Source: Lama guanicoe
Lineage: Eukaryota
DNA: 64,000 nt
Direction: 5' to 3'
Assembly (NCBI GenBank): GCA_013239625.1
Contig: MU053513.1
Coordinates: 764,370 to 828,369, forward strand
The notes under the pieces are model-generated. The model was not told where the DNA came from. It did no database searches and saw nothing but the letters and a program-made list of their open reading frames with translations. Both the position numbers and the translations under genes were made by a program. Positions 51,380 to 64,000 of this stretch are shown here, one piece after another. Numbering within the stretch: position 1 is the first letter of the stretch; the number at the start of each line of letters is the position of its first letter.

Positions 51380-52230
51380 TACACCACCACCCCGCAGAAC
51401 ACTAATCTGCCACTAGTTAATTTTTGTAAGTGTTAGCTCCAGTTTTGCCTATAGATACAAATCCCATGAGAGCAAGAGTATGTCTCCTTTGGTTTTGTTT
51501 TTTCTAATTGTCGCCATTTTATTCTATTTCCTATTATACAACACACTGTCACCAGTACCTGCAAGGCATTTTCTCATATTCACACAGACACAGCAAACAC
51601 AAAATGTTGAGACTCAGCTCCTTAATCTCTCCCCAAAACCATCTCAGATTGCTCTCTCTCGACTTAAACTCAGTGGCCCAGGGAGTCATCCCCGACTGTC
51701 GGCTCCGCTCCTCCACTCAGCGCAGCCACAGTCATAAAGTTGTGTGGATTCTGCTTCTTAAACTCTGTTCTCCATTTGCAAAATCCAACATTCGATCAAT
51801 CTTGAAATATTTTCAGAATTTGTCTGGCCTCTTTGTCTACACTTTGCCCCTCAGAAAGATTCTTTTTCCAAAATGAACAGCTTGTCAAGTTAATTTTTTT
51901 TTTTTTGCTGAAAGTCTTTCAATGAACTATTTAACTGTCTTCAAAATATTGTCCCATATTTTTCTGTGGCTCACTTTCCCTTCCAACTGTGCTATATACC
52001 TCAGATTTCCCACAAATCCCTTGCGTTTTTGTGCCCTTTTCCCCTTTGCTTAGACCACTATTCCTTCTGTGAGAAGGTAGCTGACTCATATTTATCATTA
52101 AGAATCATCTGTCAGGTCCTCTAGGAAACGTCTGTCACTGACTCCTTCCTCTGTGCTCCAGGGCCCGATACTTCCATAGCACCCTGTAGTCAAATAAAAA
52201 TGTCTCATATTGTGTGTCCATTGTCTTTAC
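51380..52230 (+). mobile_element. L2 fragments
   Basis: cccatgagagcaagag...tgtcaccagtacctg; gactcagctccttaatctctcccc...ggagtcatccccgact. Confidence 0.6.
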
Positions 52231-53909
52231 TGGAATCAGGAAAATCAGATTTGGTTAGAACAATTCCAAAATTCAAAATAATTAGGAAGAATACAATTTT
52301 TCCATTATTTGCAGTTTCGTTTGGTATTCAACATTTCATTCCTGTTCCAATTTCAGTTTGAGACAGAATCCAGACGCCGCCATAACCCACTGAGGGTTGT
52401 GGTTTTGTTTTGGTTTCATAATGAAACATTTGTAATAAAACCTCTCTAATGGTATCATGAAGCCTGCAGGAACTGTAAAAACACTCCACTCCCAGGCCTA
52501 TTTTTTTTTTGTAGCTTTAATTTGTTGGTTTTTGAGATAAAAGCTTTAAAAGCTTCAAAAATGATTTGAGGGTACTTCTTGCTTTTCTAGAACTACAGAG
52601 ACAGTATTTCCAACCAGAGCAGTGCTTTCCCGCATTAAGAGAACCTCCAAGGAATCTCTCCACAGACGTGGCTGTGGTCTGTGAGATGCACAGCACACGG
52701 CCCCACTGTCTTTCACAGAAATTCTGTGCTGGTTTCAAGGAGCTGGTTTTGACTCCCTCATGTTAGAGAGGATGCGAGTGGATGGAGGTGGGGAGGGAGG
52801 GAACGTTTGATTCTTCTTTCCAGCTGCATGATTTTCTATTTAACCTCTGTATTTTTGTGATTTGTAAAGTTAAATGTTTGAAATGGAAAAGGAAGACATG
52901 GATTGTTTTTTTTTAGCTCAGCCTTTGTGTCTTTTCAATGTTTTCATGAACATTGTGGTCAAAATTACTATTAAACTTATTATTTTACTTTTTATATATA
53001 AAGGAATTTATTAAAGTTGAGTATATACTGAATATGGTTAAATTAAGAAAAGGCACAGGTATTGCATGATAAGTAAATATTTAAATTGGCTGTGGAATAT
53101 ACACATAGTAAAATATCTATTTATATGCATAATTCACAGAAAACTACTGACAAGGTAGAACTCTCTTGGAGGGATAGATAAATTCTGAAAAGTGTTGCCT
53201 TGAAAATTAAAAAAAAAATTTATCTTTATTACCTGGCTGAATTCTTAATCTGCCTTGTTCTCAGCTTTTTGCAGCAAATTATATCTACCTCAGGTTTCTG
53301 TGTGCGTCAAATAAAATAATATAAAGCTTCTAGCACAAACCTAGCATGTGGAAAACGCTCAGTAAATGTATGTATTCTCCCTTCAGACATTGGAAATCAT
53401 AAAAGTTCTAGTTTAATCATTGCTTTATGTTTTCAGTAGTGGACAGAGAATATTTTAAATTATCAGAAAAGAAAATGTAGCTCTTAAACTGAAGTCATGA
53501 ACGTGTTGAGATACAACGTTCTAGATGTCCTAAGCAATCTTTTAATTCAGTCTGCCTACTACTCAGCATAGCAAATGGTTACACAGTCTAAAGTTAATGT
53601 CTGTTTTTTAATGTTATACATATACCCTCTTGGGCACAGGGTGTGATACTTGTGGGCACACAAAGAGGAGGAAGTGTTCTGGTTTCCCATTGAAGGAGTA
53701 TTTCTTGTGCCTTTGAAACTTTTATTTGTTTTTGTTTTTTTTTCCCCTGCAGAATTGAGTCACCTAATTTCCCAACCTGAACACTGCGGATAATAACATA
53801 ATCTCTTCAATTTTCTTTCTTTCTCTTCCTTCCTTCCTTCCTTCTCTTTTCTTTTTTTTTCTCATAAGTAACCTAAAACAAAGGGTTTGCAGGAATGGTC
53901 TTGGTTTAA

Positions 53910-54665
53910 AAGGTTTGTTGAGGTAAATGTGAATAACAAACTGAATGTACTTAAGTTTATAATTTAATGAGCATATTTAAAGCGACAATTTAGTAAGTGT
54001 TGACATACTACACCCCTGAGATACCATCACCACAATCAAGGCGGTGAACATGTTTCTGAATATCTTTACTGCCAAGGTTTCTTCGTGCTCCTTTGAAATT
54101 CACTGTCCCTCACCCAGCCTTATAATCTGTCCCTCCCAGTCCACGTGTGACCACTAATCTGCTTTTTGTCACGATAGACTATTTTACATTTTCAAAAAGT
54201 TTATATAAATATAATTATACAGTATGTACTCTTCTTTTTCATTCACTCAGTTTAATCATCATTTTGAATCATCTATGTTATGTGTACATTAATAGCTCCT
54301 TCTCTTTTACTGCTGAGCAGTATTCTATCATGTTATTATTCCAAAATCTGTGTATCCTTTCACCCATCAAAGGGCATCTGGGTTATTCTGCTATGAACGT
54401 TTTTGAACAAACCGACCTATTGATATACATCAATATATACTTGTGTAAATAAATATCTAGGTATGGAATGGCTAGGTCACTTGGCAGACATATGGTTAAA
54501 TGTTTTCAGGAGATAAACACTGTTTCCCAAAGTGGTTGCACAAGTTTACACTGACCATCAGGATGAGAGTTACAGTTGCTTCAAGTCATCGCCAAAACTT
54601 GGTATAAGCAATCTTTTTAAATTTTGGATATTTTAGTAGGTATATAGTGGTATCTCACTGTGGTT
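53910..54665 (-). mobile_element. L1MC/MD-type 3' region
   Basis: accatcaccacaatcaagg, accactaatctgctttttgtcac, ttttactgctgagcagtattct, ttcccaaagtggttg. Confidence 0.85.
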
Positions 54666-54679
54666 GTGTATTTTTAGTT

Positions 54680-54905
54680 AAACTTTTTATTTTGAAATAA
54701 CTTCTTATTCATATGCAGTTATGAGAAATAGTGCGAAGACATGCAGTACACCTGTCACCCAGTTTTTCCCAATAATGACATCCTGAAAACACGAGAACAA
54801 TGTCCCAGTCAGGATACTGGCATTGATAGAGTCAGGACAGAACTGCAATGAGAGAACGCTTCCATCACCAGAGGGTCCCTACTGGCCCTTTTATAGCCAC
54901 TTCTA
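54680..54905 (-). mobile_element. L1MC-type 3' end
   Basis: ttttattttgaaataac...gcagttatgagaaatagt...cacccagtttttcccaat...ccctttttatagccac. Confidence 0.8.
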
Positions 54906-55214
54906 CCTCCATTTTATTGTTTTTTTTTTTTCTCTGTTTCTTATTCCTTTATGTCTCTTTCCTTAACTTCCTTTGGGTAAATTGAACATTTTTAGGGTTA
55001 TATCTTGATCTATTTATAGTGTATAATATATCACATTTTTTGATCTTTTTGTCCCTTTTTTTTTAGTTTTTGTTTTTTTAAAGCAATGGTGTATATATTT
55101 TATCGTTTATGAAAACAAACCGGAAGAAAACTTGTCAAAATGCAATTTCTTTGGCCTTGTTCCAAAAGCATCTAATTTGCTAAGTCTGCAAAGTGCCTCA
55201 AGAGTCTACTTTTT

Positions 55215-56165
55215 AAATATTTTCTCAGTTGAAGTAATTTTAGACAAAGATATAAAAAAATGCAAAGAACCCCATACACACGTGACCGGATTTTCCATTG
55301 TTAATATTTTACTCCCACATTCGTTTTATGATTCTTTAATTCTAAGTCTTAGATTATTTCTCTCTCTTTAATTCCTTTACTGAACAGTTTACGAGTAAGC
55401 TGAAGACGTGGTGCCCCTTTACTCCTGTGTACTTGAATGTGCAGTCAGTCAGCTCTCAGTATCCATGGGGCACTGGCTCCAGGACCTCTGGTGGATATGG
55501 AAACCTGCAGATACTCAAGTCTCTTATAGAAAACGTGGGGCATTTGGCCCTCCCTATCCACGGGCTTTGCATCCTTGGATAGGGTTTGTATATTTCCTAA
55601 AAATGGGAAATCATCAGTTTTTTAATCCAATTTAGGATATTAATATTTATAAAATAATAGTATCTAATTTACTGTCCTTTTTCAAATTCTGTCAATTGGC
55701 CCATTAAAATTTTTCACAGAAAGAAAAAAAATCTGGTCCAGAATCCAGTCCAGGATCCCACATTGTACTTAGTTGCTGTGTCTTCAGTATCCCTTAATTT
55801 GAATACATCCCTCAGTTACTGTCCACAGCTTTCATTTTTTTTAAAGTTCAGGCTATTTATTTGCAGAAAAATTTTCAGTTTCCACTTCTCTAATGTTTCT
55901 TCACGATTTTATATAGTTTATTTTTGGTTAGAATAACGTAAAAGCAATGCTTTGTTCTTCAGGGCAGATCACATCAGGAGATGCATTTTGTCTTTTGCAT
56001 CATTACTGTGAATGTTACTTCTATCACTTTGTATCTTAGAGATCTCTCCACTGTAAATTTATTATTTTCCCCTTTGTAATTATTAAGTATATTCAGTAAG
56101 ATAATTTGAGATTATGTAAATATGCCACTGTTTATTAAACTTGTATCCCCTAGTTTTAGCATCTA
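55215..56165 (-). mobile_element. L1MC4/5-like 3' end nested in an older L1
   Basis: gagtaagctgaagac...cccctttactcct, tggtccagaatccagtccaggatcccacattg, tctccactgtaaa. Confidence 0.75.
55446..55588. mobile_element. Short TcMar-Tigger MITE (MER2-like)
   Basis: cagtcagctctcagtatccatgggg..ctggctccaggacc...gatactcaagtctcttata; ends ...ttg|TA. Confidence 0.7.
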
Positions 56166-56587
56166 CAACATATATCACTTTAGATGACAAAGTGGGTAGA
56201 GTGGTTATTCCCGGTATTACAATATACATACATGCTTCATTACAGAAGACAGTGATCACCATTCTACCATTTTAAGTGTAGAATTTTACTTGAATTTAGG
56301 TCCCTTTACCCTCCCCACCCTTGAAAAATAATTATCTTAAGTATATCCTCTCTATATATTGGATACCACATTAGCAGTGTTGTAATTTTTGCTTCAACCA
56401 TAACTTATGATTAAAGAAACTCACAAAAAGCAGGATAGTCTATTACTTGCCCTATTTTTATTCACTTTGATGTTCTTCTTTCCTTTCAAAAATTCCAAAC
56501 TTTCTTCTGCTATCATTTGCTTTCTGTTTAGAGAGCTGCCTTTAGCCATTCTTTAAGGATGGATTTGCTGGTAACAAACTCTTTTAA

Positions 56588-56589
56588 TT

Positions 56590-56639
<50 letters not shown>

Positions 56640-56699
56640 TTCCTTCTTTCCTTCCTTCCTTTCTTTCCTTTCTTTCTTTCTTTCCTTCTTTTTTTTTTC
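56588..56699. repeat. (CTTT)n/(CCTT)n microsatellite
   Basis: Directly visible. Confidence 0.95.
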
Positions 56700-56749
56700 T
56701 CAGAATATATTCATTTCCTCTTCGTTCCTGAAGGATATTTTTGCCCGAT

Positions 56750-57480
56750 ATAAAATTTGTGGTTAGCAGTTTTCTTCTTTCAGGACTTGAAAAAGTGTTG
56801 GGCTAATTCCTTCTGGCCTCCGTGGCATGAGAAAACACTCTAATTTAAATTGATGTTCATCTATAAGTAATGTGCAATTTCCCTATGACTGCTTCAGTTT
56901 CCATATACGTATGTATATTTCTTGCTGTTGTTCTTAGTTTTCAGAAGTTTGATTATGTGTTGGGATTTATTTGAGTTTATCCATTTGGGGTTTTGCTTAA
57001 TTTTTGGAAACTGTAGGTTTATGTCTTTCCTCAAATTTGAGAAGTGTTTTTTAGCTATTACTGCAGTCAAACACCTTTTCAAATACTTCAAGTACTTTCT
57101 GCTCCTCTGGGACGACAATGATATGGATATTAGCTCCTTTGTTGTTGTCCTCCAGGTCTTTTTTTTTTTTTTTCCAGTCCATTTTCTTTCTGTTGTTCAA
57201 ATTAGGTAAATTCCATTGATCTGTCCTCAATTCGTTGATTCTGCCCCCTGTCATCTTCATTCTAGTATTGAGCCTATTCAGTGACATTTTTCAGTTGTTG
57301 GCTATTTCAGTTCTATAATTTCTATTTGGTCCTTTTTTATAACTTCTATTTCTTTGCTGAGAGTTTTCAATTTTTTTTTCATTTGCTCAAAAGAATTTGT
57401 AATTGCTTGTTGAAGCATTTTTTTGATGGTTGCTTTAAAAATCTTGTCAGATAAAATCAACATCTGATCCATCTTGATGG
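56750..57480 (-). pseudogene. Frameshifted L1 ORF1p relic
   Basis: LNRLNTRM..TGGRINEL, DLEDNNKGANIHIIVVPEE and FSNLRKDINLQ..QNPKWINSNKSQHIIKLLKTK match L1 ORF1p coiled-coil/RRM motifs across frames. Confidence 0.85.
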
Positions 57481-57539
57481 TGGCATCTGTTGGTTGTGTT
57501 TTCTCATGTTGTGACTTTCCTGGTTCTTAATTTGGGGAG

Positions 57540-57541
57540 TA

Positions 57542-57599
<58 letters not shown>

Positions 57600-57606
57600 T
57601 ATATAT
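57540..57606. repeat. (TA)n/(CA)n compound microsatellite
   Basis: Directly visible. Confidence 0.95.
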
Positions 57607-59124
57607 GCATTTTTACATGTCACTGACATTATACTGTGAGACCCTCAATGTTATTTATCTGCTTAAAGGAGGCAGTCCCCTAGGTGGGGGTAATGCTCAG
57701 CACTTGGGTGTGCTCACTCACCGGCCCACGGTGCCCGCTGACACGGCTCCCACACACCATGTGTGGGACACTGACTCACACTGCTGCACTGCAGACAGCT
57801 GGGGTGGAAAGTCAGCTTTTCCTTGACTCTGCTCATACCCTCCCATTAAAACGCAGGCACAGCCACACCATCTCATTATGCCTGAGAAGGATGGGTCAGC
57901 TCAGCTTTCCACGGACCTCAGCCGCCCCCAAGGAGTTGAGAAGCGAAAGGCTCAAGCCCAAGCTGCTGGTTGGAGGTGGAAGCTCAGCTCTTCCCTGGGT
58001 CCCTCAGATCCCAGGAGAAGGGAGGCAGGGCAAGGAGAGTGTCAACCCACCCTGTTTCCATCACCTTCTAGGGTGGATGCTCAGCCACCCACTAAATCCG
58101 CAACCCGCGTTGGGGACGGGGGAGCTGTGTGCAGCAACAGGAGTGTGGTTAGCCCTGCTTCAAACTGCTTGTCCAGTCTCACTGCTGCCCGGTGGATACG
58201 GAAGTTCAGCTCCCCATTGAGCTTCAGTGACACCAGGAGTGGGGAGAAAGTGAAGCACTTACTAGTATTTACTTGTACCATCTTGTTTTATTGTATTGAT
58301 GCAAGCTGGAGTGGAGGCTCATCTCCCCACCAGCATGGCAGAGAGCCATGTGAATTCTAGTGATAATCAGCTATTCCTACACTGCTTCTTTATGTCTCTT
58401 TGCTTCTGGGCATGGCATGGAGGTGAGCTGGCTGCTAAACCCCACTGATGCTCTCCTGGTGGGGGAGGGGAATACCACCTGCATGTGCCAGGCAGATGGT
58501 GGCCGATCAGCTCCCTGCTGTGCCCAGCAGTACTGCAACTGGCTTCTGTGCTCAGGGGCGTGAGGTGGAACAACACCTCTTCTCCTGAAATACAATGTCT
58601 TGAAAACCAATGTCTCATATATTTTTGTCTAGGTTTTAGTCATTTCAGGCAGAAAGGTAACCGTGGATCACTGTTACTCCATCTTGTCTGGAAACAGAAG
58701 CCTGAAATAAATCTTTTAAAATAATTATCAAACTATTTGAAAGGATGGCTTTAAGTGAAGCTAAAGTGGTCACAGTATCCAACATGACTGATGCACAATC
58801 AGGTGTAGCAAGCTTGAATACATCAAATTACAAGATCCAAAGTGAGGTCATACTCGTATCCTCTCCATAATGACTTCAGATTTTTAAAATGGATTGCTAC
58901 CTAGTATGACCCAATCAACAGCAAACTGATGACTTATTTCTAGAGTCTTTTAAGCATTTCTTAGGGTCATATTTAAATACAAACAAAAATAATGAAATGC
59001 AGACAGATACTAATTCAAATAATTAAGTAAAATTAATTAACACTTGTGTACATTTGTGAGTGGCATTCTGGGTTTTGTTAGTAATTTTGGAACAATGTAA
59101 ATTTCTTAATTTTGCTAATTGCAC

Positions 59125-59235
59125 TACAGTCAGGGAAGATGCTAATTAGGGGAGGTCAGGTGATGGAAGAAACTGTACTAATTCTGCAACTCCTCTGTAA
59201 GTCTAAATTCATCTCAAACTAAAATAGTCACTTAA
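59125..59235 (+). mobile_element. Old L1 extreme 3' end
   Basis: ctgtactaattctgcaactcctctgtaagtctaaattcatctcaaactaaaa. Confidence 0.65.
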
Positions 59236-59459
59236 AAAAGCTTCCCTATGTTCTTATTATCATGGCCAATGACTTGAAATGTTAGAGTCATTTTCACTCC
59301 ACTCTCCTCCAGTCAGTCACCAGATCTTGATTTTTATCTCTGCAATGTTTTTGTCTTCAGCAACACACTCTTTGCTGAAGTTCCCATTAGGTCTAGCTTG
59401 GATCAGTGCAGTGGTCCCACATTAATCTTCCTAATTCTATTCCTGAGAAGGAAAACTGA

Positions 59460-59650
59460 CTTAAATGGGTCCTCCTTTGTGAATTGGCTAGAACTAACTC
59501 ACCTCATCATTTGGTAGCCACTTAACTCTTCTGGACCACAAAGTCTTCAACTGTAAAATGGGAATGATTACAAAGTAACAGTAAGACACAAATATATATA
59601 ATAGTCACACAATATATAACCTCGGAATCAGGAAAGCACTTGCACTTTAA
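59460..59650 (+). mobile_element. MIR SINE
   Basis: cacttaactcttctggaccacaaagtcttcaactgtaaaatgggaatgat. Confidence 0.6.
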
Positions 59651-62600
59651 AATGCTAATGCGTAATTCCTCGCTAGACACAGCCAATCATAGACAATTGC
59701 TTCCAGGAAAATCAGTTTACTCATGTGTTTTAGGTCCACAGGCTTCCTGCGATCTGCCTGCGTATCAACAGCCTCCAGTGGTGACATTAAAACCCTGACA
59801 TGCTTCAAGCCAAATGCATCTTGGGGATTGCAATGGCTTCTTATTACTATTTTGTTCAATTTCAGCCATGTAACATAGTAACCCAGGGCTAAAGCTGTTA
59901 GTTTTCATTTTGTCACCTTCAGTAACTTCTTAAAGCCATACACCTCTAGAGCTGCCTGCAAATTAACCCCGAGTGAAATAAGTCACCCTCAAATGATTGA
60001 ATTGCCTTCCTGGATACAGGTACTAACATTCATTGATTAATGCACCTGAGAGTATATTTGGTAAAACTAAGTCATACATGTTTCCAAAAGAAATAAATTT
60101 TTTGCAAGTTCAATTGCAGGAAACAATAGAATACGCTTTTAAGATTATTTGTGACATTGAAAAGCCATCATCACCTTTATAATTTTTATAAAATGTTAAT
60201 AACCTTTATGAGAATGCATACAAACTTTAGCATGGCTTACAGACTTTTAAAATTAACAATATTTTGCAGAATTTTACTTTATAAGTCAGACTCAACCCAA
60301 CCTGTCCAGATCCACAACCCCTTGTTTTTTTTTTTGCATTCATATTGAAAAAATCATCGGAAATTTCTTAATGATAAATAGCCATAGCCATGAGATCCCT
60401 TATACTTTTGATTATGAGTGGAGCATATTTTTAAAAATTAGCATAGATATTTGGCAAGGATGAAAAAAACAAAAGCAAGCCTTGTATTTTAGTAGAATTT
60501 CCCAGTTTCAATAAAAGTAACACCCAGACAGCACCATATGTTGGACGGGTAGAGGGCAGAAGGGTGATGAATAATTCAGAATTGCCGCCAGAACCTTAAC
60601 ATCATAATGGTTTTCATACTTTCTTATCGGACTCACTTAACTGGCAGAGCCCATGTTTCCACACAGCTTTATTCAGTGAAGAAAATCTCTACTGAGACCC
60701 TAAGCCTTAGCAAATTGCCAAGGGATGAGGCGAGAGATGACTGGGGAGCTCGACATATTTAAATATTCAGAAACCAAACTTGATAAATATGGAGGGTAAA
60801 GGAGAAACTTAAGGGAAAGAGAGGTTCCTATCTGCTTCCCAGGTAGCTCGCCGGTTCACAGTGATGTTGAATAAGAACCCTGGCTTTCAGTATTGACAGA
60901 TGAATGATCTGACTCTTGAGGAAGAGTTATGATCCAGGAAGGGCTCTGTGTTATACAAGCAATTCTGTTTTAGTTCTGGGGGCACTTGGCGTAAGGACAT
61001 GCCACTATTACCTGCAGCTTGAGAATGCACAGCTGGAATGGCAATGGATTTGTTATTTGTAAAACATCCATGAATTTCACCACAGGCTTTCTACCAACGT
61101 GGAAGCATCTGTGAGTCAAACTGTTCCCCAGCTGTTCCTCCACTACCTGCAGGTTCTTGTAGCATAAAGTCCCTATTAATACTGCTGGTTACCCAGCACC
61201 CCTGATGAGTCCATCCCAAATCGTTCCTTTTATACTATGGCTTAATGCATGAGATCCCTCAAGATAAATCCCTTGAGATTCTTTAAAAAAAAAATTGTCA
61301 TTTTGGAATTACTGCCAAATTTTCTGGGGCAGGTCTCCACATTTTCATCTGAACGCTTATTTGTCCCCGAAGTTTTTGCAGAAGGTCCTCACTTCTAGGC
61401 AGATATATCCTCGATGCTTTCCCACACAAAGAACAGAGAAAGCGTCCGTGAAAGCAAGATTCAAAAGCTACAGAGAATAAAAACAAATGCTAGACTCAAG
61501 TTGTTTTAGACCTTATCTTCAAAAGCACAATTGCCTCAGGACTCCTTTACAAATAGCTTTTCTTATTAAGGCTCCGGAAATTTTAATTTCTTTAATGGTG
61601 ACACACATATTTTAGGTTTTAATTAAAAGCTTCAATGACAGTAATTTGTATCATTGCACCAGTGTACTTTTCTTCGGAAACAAACTGCATTTATAAATCA
61701 TTTGGTAAAGGGCATTTAACAGCGTACTTCAGGGAATGGGAACAGAGGAAACTTTCATACTCCAAGCAAAACAATAATATATAATGTTTACATTTGCAAA
61801 AGAACATTGATTTTAACATAAACATCAACTAATAATTATGGTCAACGAATGATTACAAGATTTAATAATTCCACAAATGTTTGTAAATGTAAATAAAAAC
61901 ATGAAATGGTTTGTTTTAGAATCCAGTTATCTTGGATGCTTATATTTTGTTTTACGGCCCCAAATCAACAACAAGATCACGTTAACTGATGTAATCCACG
62001 AACCTTCTCAGCAGCACCTCGCTGTTCCTTCCACATCAGCAGGTCTCGATTTCTGGACATCAAACTGAGTATTCTACCCAGTCCCCAATAGTCATTGTTC
62101 CACTGGCTCTAAAGAATATAGATTCAGTTTAATAAGAACATAATCACATGAGTGGAAAGTGTAATAGCTTTAATCTGATGTCTCACTCATGAACGAAAGC
62201 AGTATCAACAGATCTCTAGACGCCACGCTGGTTTTAGTGTGATTTTAAAATTTCAGATATTGACATTCATTTTTACACTTTAGATATGGGATTTGTTTGG
62301 GCTCATAAATGAACAGAAATATAACATACTTTTAAAATAAAATTTCTGGCCTATAGGCCACTTTCAAATAGGAAATAACACATTTGGCTCTGTACTCGAA
62401 GGAAGGAAATAAGTCAAATACCTCTGCCTGCTTCCAGTAAAAGCAGCACATCACCAATTCAGAAGCAGAAGAGTGAGTGACGGTGTATACTGCGCAGGCT
62501 GGTGGAACAGGGTAGTAGGCTAAGCTCAGCAGCCTCTGATCTGTGGTCTGCTTACCCCCACTAAGCAATACTTCCCTAAAGATATAACCAACATTCCTCT

Positions 62601-63369
62601 CCATAGCATTGCTGTACACACTTCCATCTCAAACCCAGTCTCCGCCAAGCTCTTACGGGGCCATGGATCTCATAGTTACGGAGAATATGTGGCATATTTC
62701 CTCAGTGAAAGGATATTGGGTTAATTGAAGTTTAATTAAATAGCAGCTTTGATTTATGTAAACCAAACTTATTAACCAAGTATTTCTGTCTTAAATTCCC
62801 ACAGAAAATGTCTTCAGTATTTTCAGTTCATTGTGTCAATGATTATTGACATTTTTGTTCCAAAGAATTACCACGTGGAATCAGAGGATTTTCTCAGTCA
62901 TTCCTTTGTTTTGATTTGAAAGATTTCTAATACTTGAAACCCAGCACTTTCTTTTCTGTAGAGGCAGTAATTCACGTCACTTCACCACCCTCCTCCTCCT
63001 CCTGCCAGCCCTCATCAGTAACAGAAATGCAGGGCACAATATAATTTGGATCAAGTACTATGTGCTAGAAACTCCACTAGATAGCACATATATAAGTATT
63101 TCAGAAACGAAGAAAATTATTTTTTAATTCAACTTCTGTAATACCATAAATGAACAATAGATTACTATTACACTTCACTTTATCATGTCTTAATTTAATT
63201 TTAAAAATGCAGCATTTCATAAATGGCAATCCATTATATATAAATTAAGACTAGCTACTTCCTTATTTAGCATTAAAATGAAACAAACTTGTAAATACTT
63301 GCTAAATATAGTATGCAAATAGTTTAGATGGAAGGTGTCCAAGTAGTACTTTTAAAAAGACCCTATCTT

Positions 63370-63502
63370 GGGGCAGAGGGTATAGCTCAAGTGGTAGCGC
63401 GCATCCTTAGCATGCACCAGGTCCTGGGTTCAATCCCCAGCACCTCCTCTAAAAATAAATAAACCTAAATACTTCCCCCTGCAAAAAAAATAATAAACAA
63501 AC
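63370..63502 (+). mobile_element. tRNA-derived SINE (Vic-1-like), long form with 16-bp TSD
   Basis: gggtatagctcaagtggtagcgcgcatccttagcatgc...gggttcaatccccagcacctcc; TSD aaaaagaccctatctt (63354-63369) / aaaaagactctacctt (63503-63518) at a TT/AAAA site. Confidence 0.95.
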
Positions 63503-64000
63503 AAAAAGACTCTACCTTAAACAAGTATAACTTGGTAATTTAGCCACTTTTTCAGAATATAAACACCTATAGACAGAACGGGAAAGTTTCTGCCTGTAGA
63601 GAACCAATCAGAAGTTTCCTAAGTAGGTGCTGGAAGGCTGCCTGGAAAATGGCACCTTTGGTATCCCCTGGCTTTTGCTATCGTTGGAAGCATAGGAAAA
63701 GCCATTAGTTGTTCAACTTTTTTTTAGTCCATTTGAGACTAGTAGAAGCAGTCACAGCCATTTATCCAATTTTTACCACTTGGAACAGAAATTTCAAGAT
63801 ACAAAAGACAGAGCAGTTTTTATTGGTTCCCAGGGAATTCTCTGGTAGTTTCTCCAAAGAAATTTTCTTTAAAGAAAAATCATTAAAAAAAAAACTGATG
63901 TAATCCTTTTTAGACTCTCATTATTATACAAAAATTATTGAAAATATTATTTTAAATTATCCAAGCAATTGCATTTGCAGTGAGGGCAGTGAGGGACTGA

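Larger units (their letters stand above)
56165..58720 (-). mobile_element. Old L1 5' portion: inter-ORF region, ORF1 relic and GC-richer 5' region
   Basis: Minus-strand ORFs give L1 ORF1p-like peptides; typical antisense L1 motifs on both sides. Confidence 0.8.

Noticed and set aside
57684..58724. Longest ORFs in the track (160-178 aa)
   Set aside because: They lie in the GC-richer 5' region of an old L1, overlap in several frames on both strands, and resemble no protein I recognise.
63590..63620. NF-Y-type CCAAT box (aaccaatcaga)
   Set aside because: Isolated motif with no CpG island, TATA or Inr support.

Overview
AT-rich, repeat-dense mammalian (eutherian) non-coding DNA, most likely camelid (camel/alpaca lineage). 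The evidence is four tRNA-Ala-derived SINEs resembling the camelid Vic-1 family and short L1 3' ends of cetartiodactyl/camelid type. I find no recognisable intact protein-coding gene, functional tRNA, rRNA or CRISPR array. The supplied ORFs are short chance ORFs, except an L1 ORF1p relic near 56.9-57.3 kb. The window reads as intergenic or deep-intronic sequence with L1, L2, L3, MIR, MaLR/ERV LTRs, DNA-transposon fossils and microsatellites. Repeat family names come from my recall of consensus sequences, not from a search, and boundaries of old elements are approximate. The most notable observations are: (1) an L1 fragment at about 50.5 kb with almost one-directional AT->GC substitutions in a CpG-enriched patch, a possible GC-biased gene conversion footprint; (2) a pre-miRNA-sized hairpin at 31.95 kb; (3) an apparently composite MER41-like solo LTR followed by a clean 72-nt exon-like unit; (4) two head-to-head MaLR proviruses that retain internal sequence; (5) a possible fossil hAT transposase near 1.1-1.5 kb. 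None of these amounts to a demonstrated new biological system; they are testable leads.
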